Position numbers and translations under genes: made by a program
The notes under the pieces: generated by a model
Told to the model about the DNA's origin: nothing
The model's input: only the letters and a program-made list of their open reading frames with translations
Databases searched by the model: none
Shown here: piece by piece, positions 62,135 to 64,000 of the stretch
Layout: the number at the start of each line of letters is the position of its first letter
Numbering within the stretch: the first letter of the stretch is position 1
NCBI GenBank assembly: GCA_963770895.1
Contig: CAVYRF010000002.1
Span: forward strand, 4,224,001-4,288,000
Direction of reading: 5' to 3'
Source: an uncultured Acidobacteriota bacterium
GTDB lineage: Bacteria > Acidobacteriota > Thermoanaerobaculia > Multivoradales > UBA5704
Length of the DNA stretch: 64,000 nt

Positions 62135-63982
62135 ATGAGCGCGCAAGGAGACGTCCCGCGTAGGCTGCACCGGCTGGTTGGGCTGACCGTGGCGGCGGTG
62201 CTGTGCATCTTCGGCGTCGCCGGATCGGCGCCCGGCGGCGCGCTGGCCCAGCCGGCTGGCAGCGGCGCCGGTGCCGCGGGCGCCACGTCTGGCCCGCCGG
62301 CGGCCCAGCTGGCGACGGTCGCGGCCGACTACTGGCGCCACCAGCTGGAGGAGGACCTGGGGACGCGGGTGCGCGAAGGGTTGCCGATCGAGCACCTGCC
62401 CGACCTGTCGCCGGAGTACGCGGAACGCGACGCGGCGTGGGGGCGCGAGCTGCGCGACCGCCTGGCGCGGATCGACGAAGCGGCGCTGGGGCACCAGGAC
62501 TGGCTCACCCTGGAGCTGCTGCGCGAGCAGGCCGAAGAGTCGATCCTGGCGCCGCGGGCGTACTGGCACATCTTCCTGGCGACGCCCTACGACGCGCCGT
62601 TCGGCGGTGTGCACACCGCTCTGGCATCCTGCGCCCTGGCGTCGGCGGACGATCGGGCGCGCTACCTGCGGCTGCTGCACGCCTACGCGGCGATGGTTGC
62701 GCAGCTGCGCCGGCACCTGGAAGGCCAGCGCACGCGCGGCATCCTGCTGCCGAAGGCCGAGGTGGACGCGGTGGTCGCCATGCTCAGGGCGTACGCGCAG
62801 CCCGGCGCGGCCAGCCCGGTGGCGGTCGCTGCCGACCGGCTGAGGGGGGTGGATGCCCAGGCGGCCGCGGCATTGCAGGCGGCGGTCGAGCACACCGTCG
62901 CGGGCGAGATCGATCCGGCGTTGACCGCCCTGGCGGACCAGCTGGCGGGCGACTATCGCCAGCAGGCGCCCGACCGCATCGGCATCGGCCAGTATCCGGG
63001 CGGCGCCGCCGCGTATCGCGCGATGATCTGGGTGCGCACGGGCTTCGACCTGCCGCCCGAGGAGATCCACCGCCGCGGTGTCGCCGAGGTCGATCGGCTG
63101 TCGCAGCGCATGGCGGAGGTGCGCCAGAAGCTGGGGTTTTCCGGTACGGCGCGCGAGTTCAACCAGCGCCTGCGCAGCGATCCGCGGTTTCTGGCGCGCA
63201 CCCCCGAAGAGGTCGCCGAACGGCTGATGGCGCCGGTGCGGCGCATCGAGCCGAAGATCCCCAACTGGTTCCTGACCACGCCCAAGGCCGCCTACGGCGT
63301 CGCGCCGCTGCCGGCCGCGATGAAGGGCATGACGTTCGGCTACTACCAGACGCCGACGCCGGCGCAGACGCGCGGCCTGTACCTGTTCAATGCCAGCCAG
63401 CTGGACCAGCGGCCGCTGGTGTGGGCGGCGCCGCTGATCTATCACGAGCTGGTGCCGGGGCATCATTTCCAGCTGGCGTTGCAGGCCGAAAACCAGGACC
63501 TGCCGATGTTCCGGCGCTACCTGTTTCACACCTCCTTCGTCGAGGGCTGGGGTGAATACGCTTCCAACCTGGGCGAAGAGATGGGGCTGTACGACGATCC
63601 GTACACGCTCTACGGCCGCCTTTCCATGGACATCTTTCTGTCCAGCCGCCTGGTGGTGGACACCGGGTTGAATGCCATGGGGTGGACGCGCGAGCAGGCC
63701 GTCGCCTACATGCGGGAGCGCCTGTTGCAGTCCGACGCCGAGATCGATTCCGAAGTGCTGCGCTACGCCATCGCCATGCCCGCGCAGGCGCTGGCCTACA
63801 AGCTGGGAGCCAGCAACATCGAAGAGCTGCGCCGCCACGCGGAGACGGCGCTCGGCCCGCGCTTCGACGTGCGCCGCTTCCACGATGCGGTGCTGGGCAG
63901 CGGTTCGCTGCCGCCGCAAATCCTGGCCCGGCACGTCGACTGGTGGATCGCCCAGGTCAAGGCGCAGGGAGCGGCACACTAG
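62135..63982 (+). CDS. DUF885 family secreted protein (metallopeptidase-like)
   Basis: HELVPGHHFQ, EGWGEYA, RLVVDTG, PAQALAYKLG and FDVRRFHDAVL. Confidence 0.92.
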   Translation: MSAQGDVPRRLHRLVGLTVAAVLCIFGVAGSAPGGALAQPAGSGAGAAGATSGPPAAQLATVAADYWRHQLEEDLGTRVREGLPIEHLPDLSPEYAERDAAWGRELRDRLARIDEAALGHQDWLTLELLREQAEESILAPRAYWHIFLATPYDAPFGGVHTALASCALASADDRARYLRLLHAYAAMVAQLRRHLEGQRTRGILLPKAEVDAVVAMLRAYAQPGAASPVAVAADRLRGVDAQAAAALQAAVEHTVAGEIDPALTALADQLAGDYRQQAPDRIGIGQYPGGAAAYRAMIWVRTGFDLPPEEIHRRGVAEVDRLSQRMAEVRQKLGFSGTAREFNQRLRSDPRFLARTPEEVAERLMAPVRRIEPKIPNWFLTTPKAAYGVAPLPAAMKGMTFGYYQTPTPAQTRGLYLFNASQLDQRPLVWAAPLIYHELVPGHHFQLALQAENQDLPMFRRYLFHTSFVEGWGEYASNLGEEMGLYDDPYTLYGRLSMDIFLSSRLVVDTGLNAMGWTREQAVAYMRERLLQSDAEIDSEVLRYAIAMPAQALAYKLGASNIEELRRHAETALGPRFDVRRFHDAVLGSGSLPPQILARHVDWWIAQVKAQGAAH

Positions 63983-64000
63983 CCCCCGGCCGTCCGGGGC

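Overview
High-GC bacterial chromosome segment. The gene order rplM-rpsI-rpsB-tsf-pyrH-frr, a short EF-Ts and the paralogous HTH-TPR-like proteins suggest Acidobacteriota, possibly Thermoanaerobaculia-like (inference only). Most of the window is housekeeping: a BNR/VPS10-type hydrolase, sthA, LemA/TPM, a thiolase, rlpA, purB, arcA/argF, rdgB/coaE/folD/ubiE and a translation cluster. Three accessory blocks stand out. (1) A ~10 kb coupled operon (13.5-23.2 kb) combines NeuB, KdsC-like and SpsF-like genes with a split transketolase, a class III aminotransferase, an SDR, a flippase-like protein and a fatty-acid hydroxylase. (2) Two convergent type II toxin-antitoxin pairs lie at 27-28 kb. (3) A ~10.7 kb island-like block sits between argF and rdgB (41.9-52.6 kb). 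It holds an AbiEi-type antitoxin with a palindromic operator and a truncated toxin, a 58-aa Cys/Thr-rich double-glycine RiPP-like precursor missed by the ORF track, and five related helical-repeat genes (three with XRE-HTH). These surround a secreted precursor carrying three copies of T[ED]TRCxxDP[ND]GxxxC. The best candidate for an undescribed system is this HTH-TPR receptor plus multi-copy secreted peptide arrangement, which resembles RRNPP peptide signalling but in an apparent diderm. No rRNA, tRNA, CRISPR array, integrase or transposase was recognised. All calls come from reading motifs by eye; no database searches were run.
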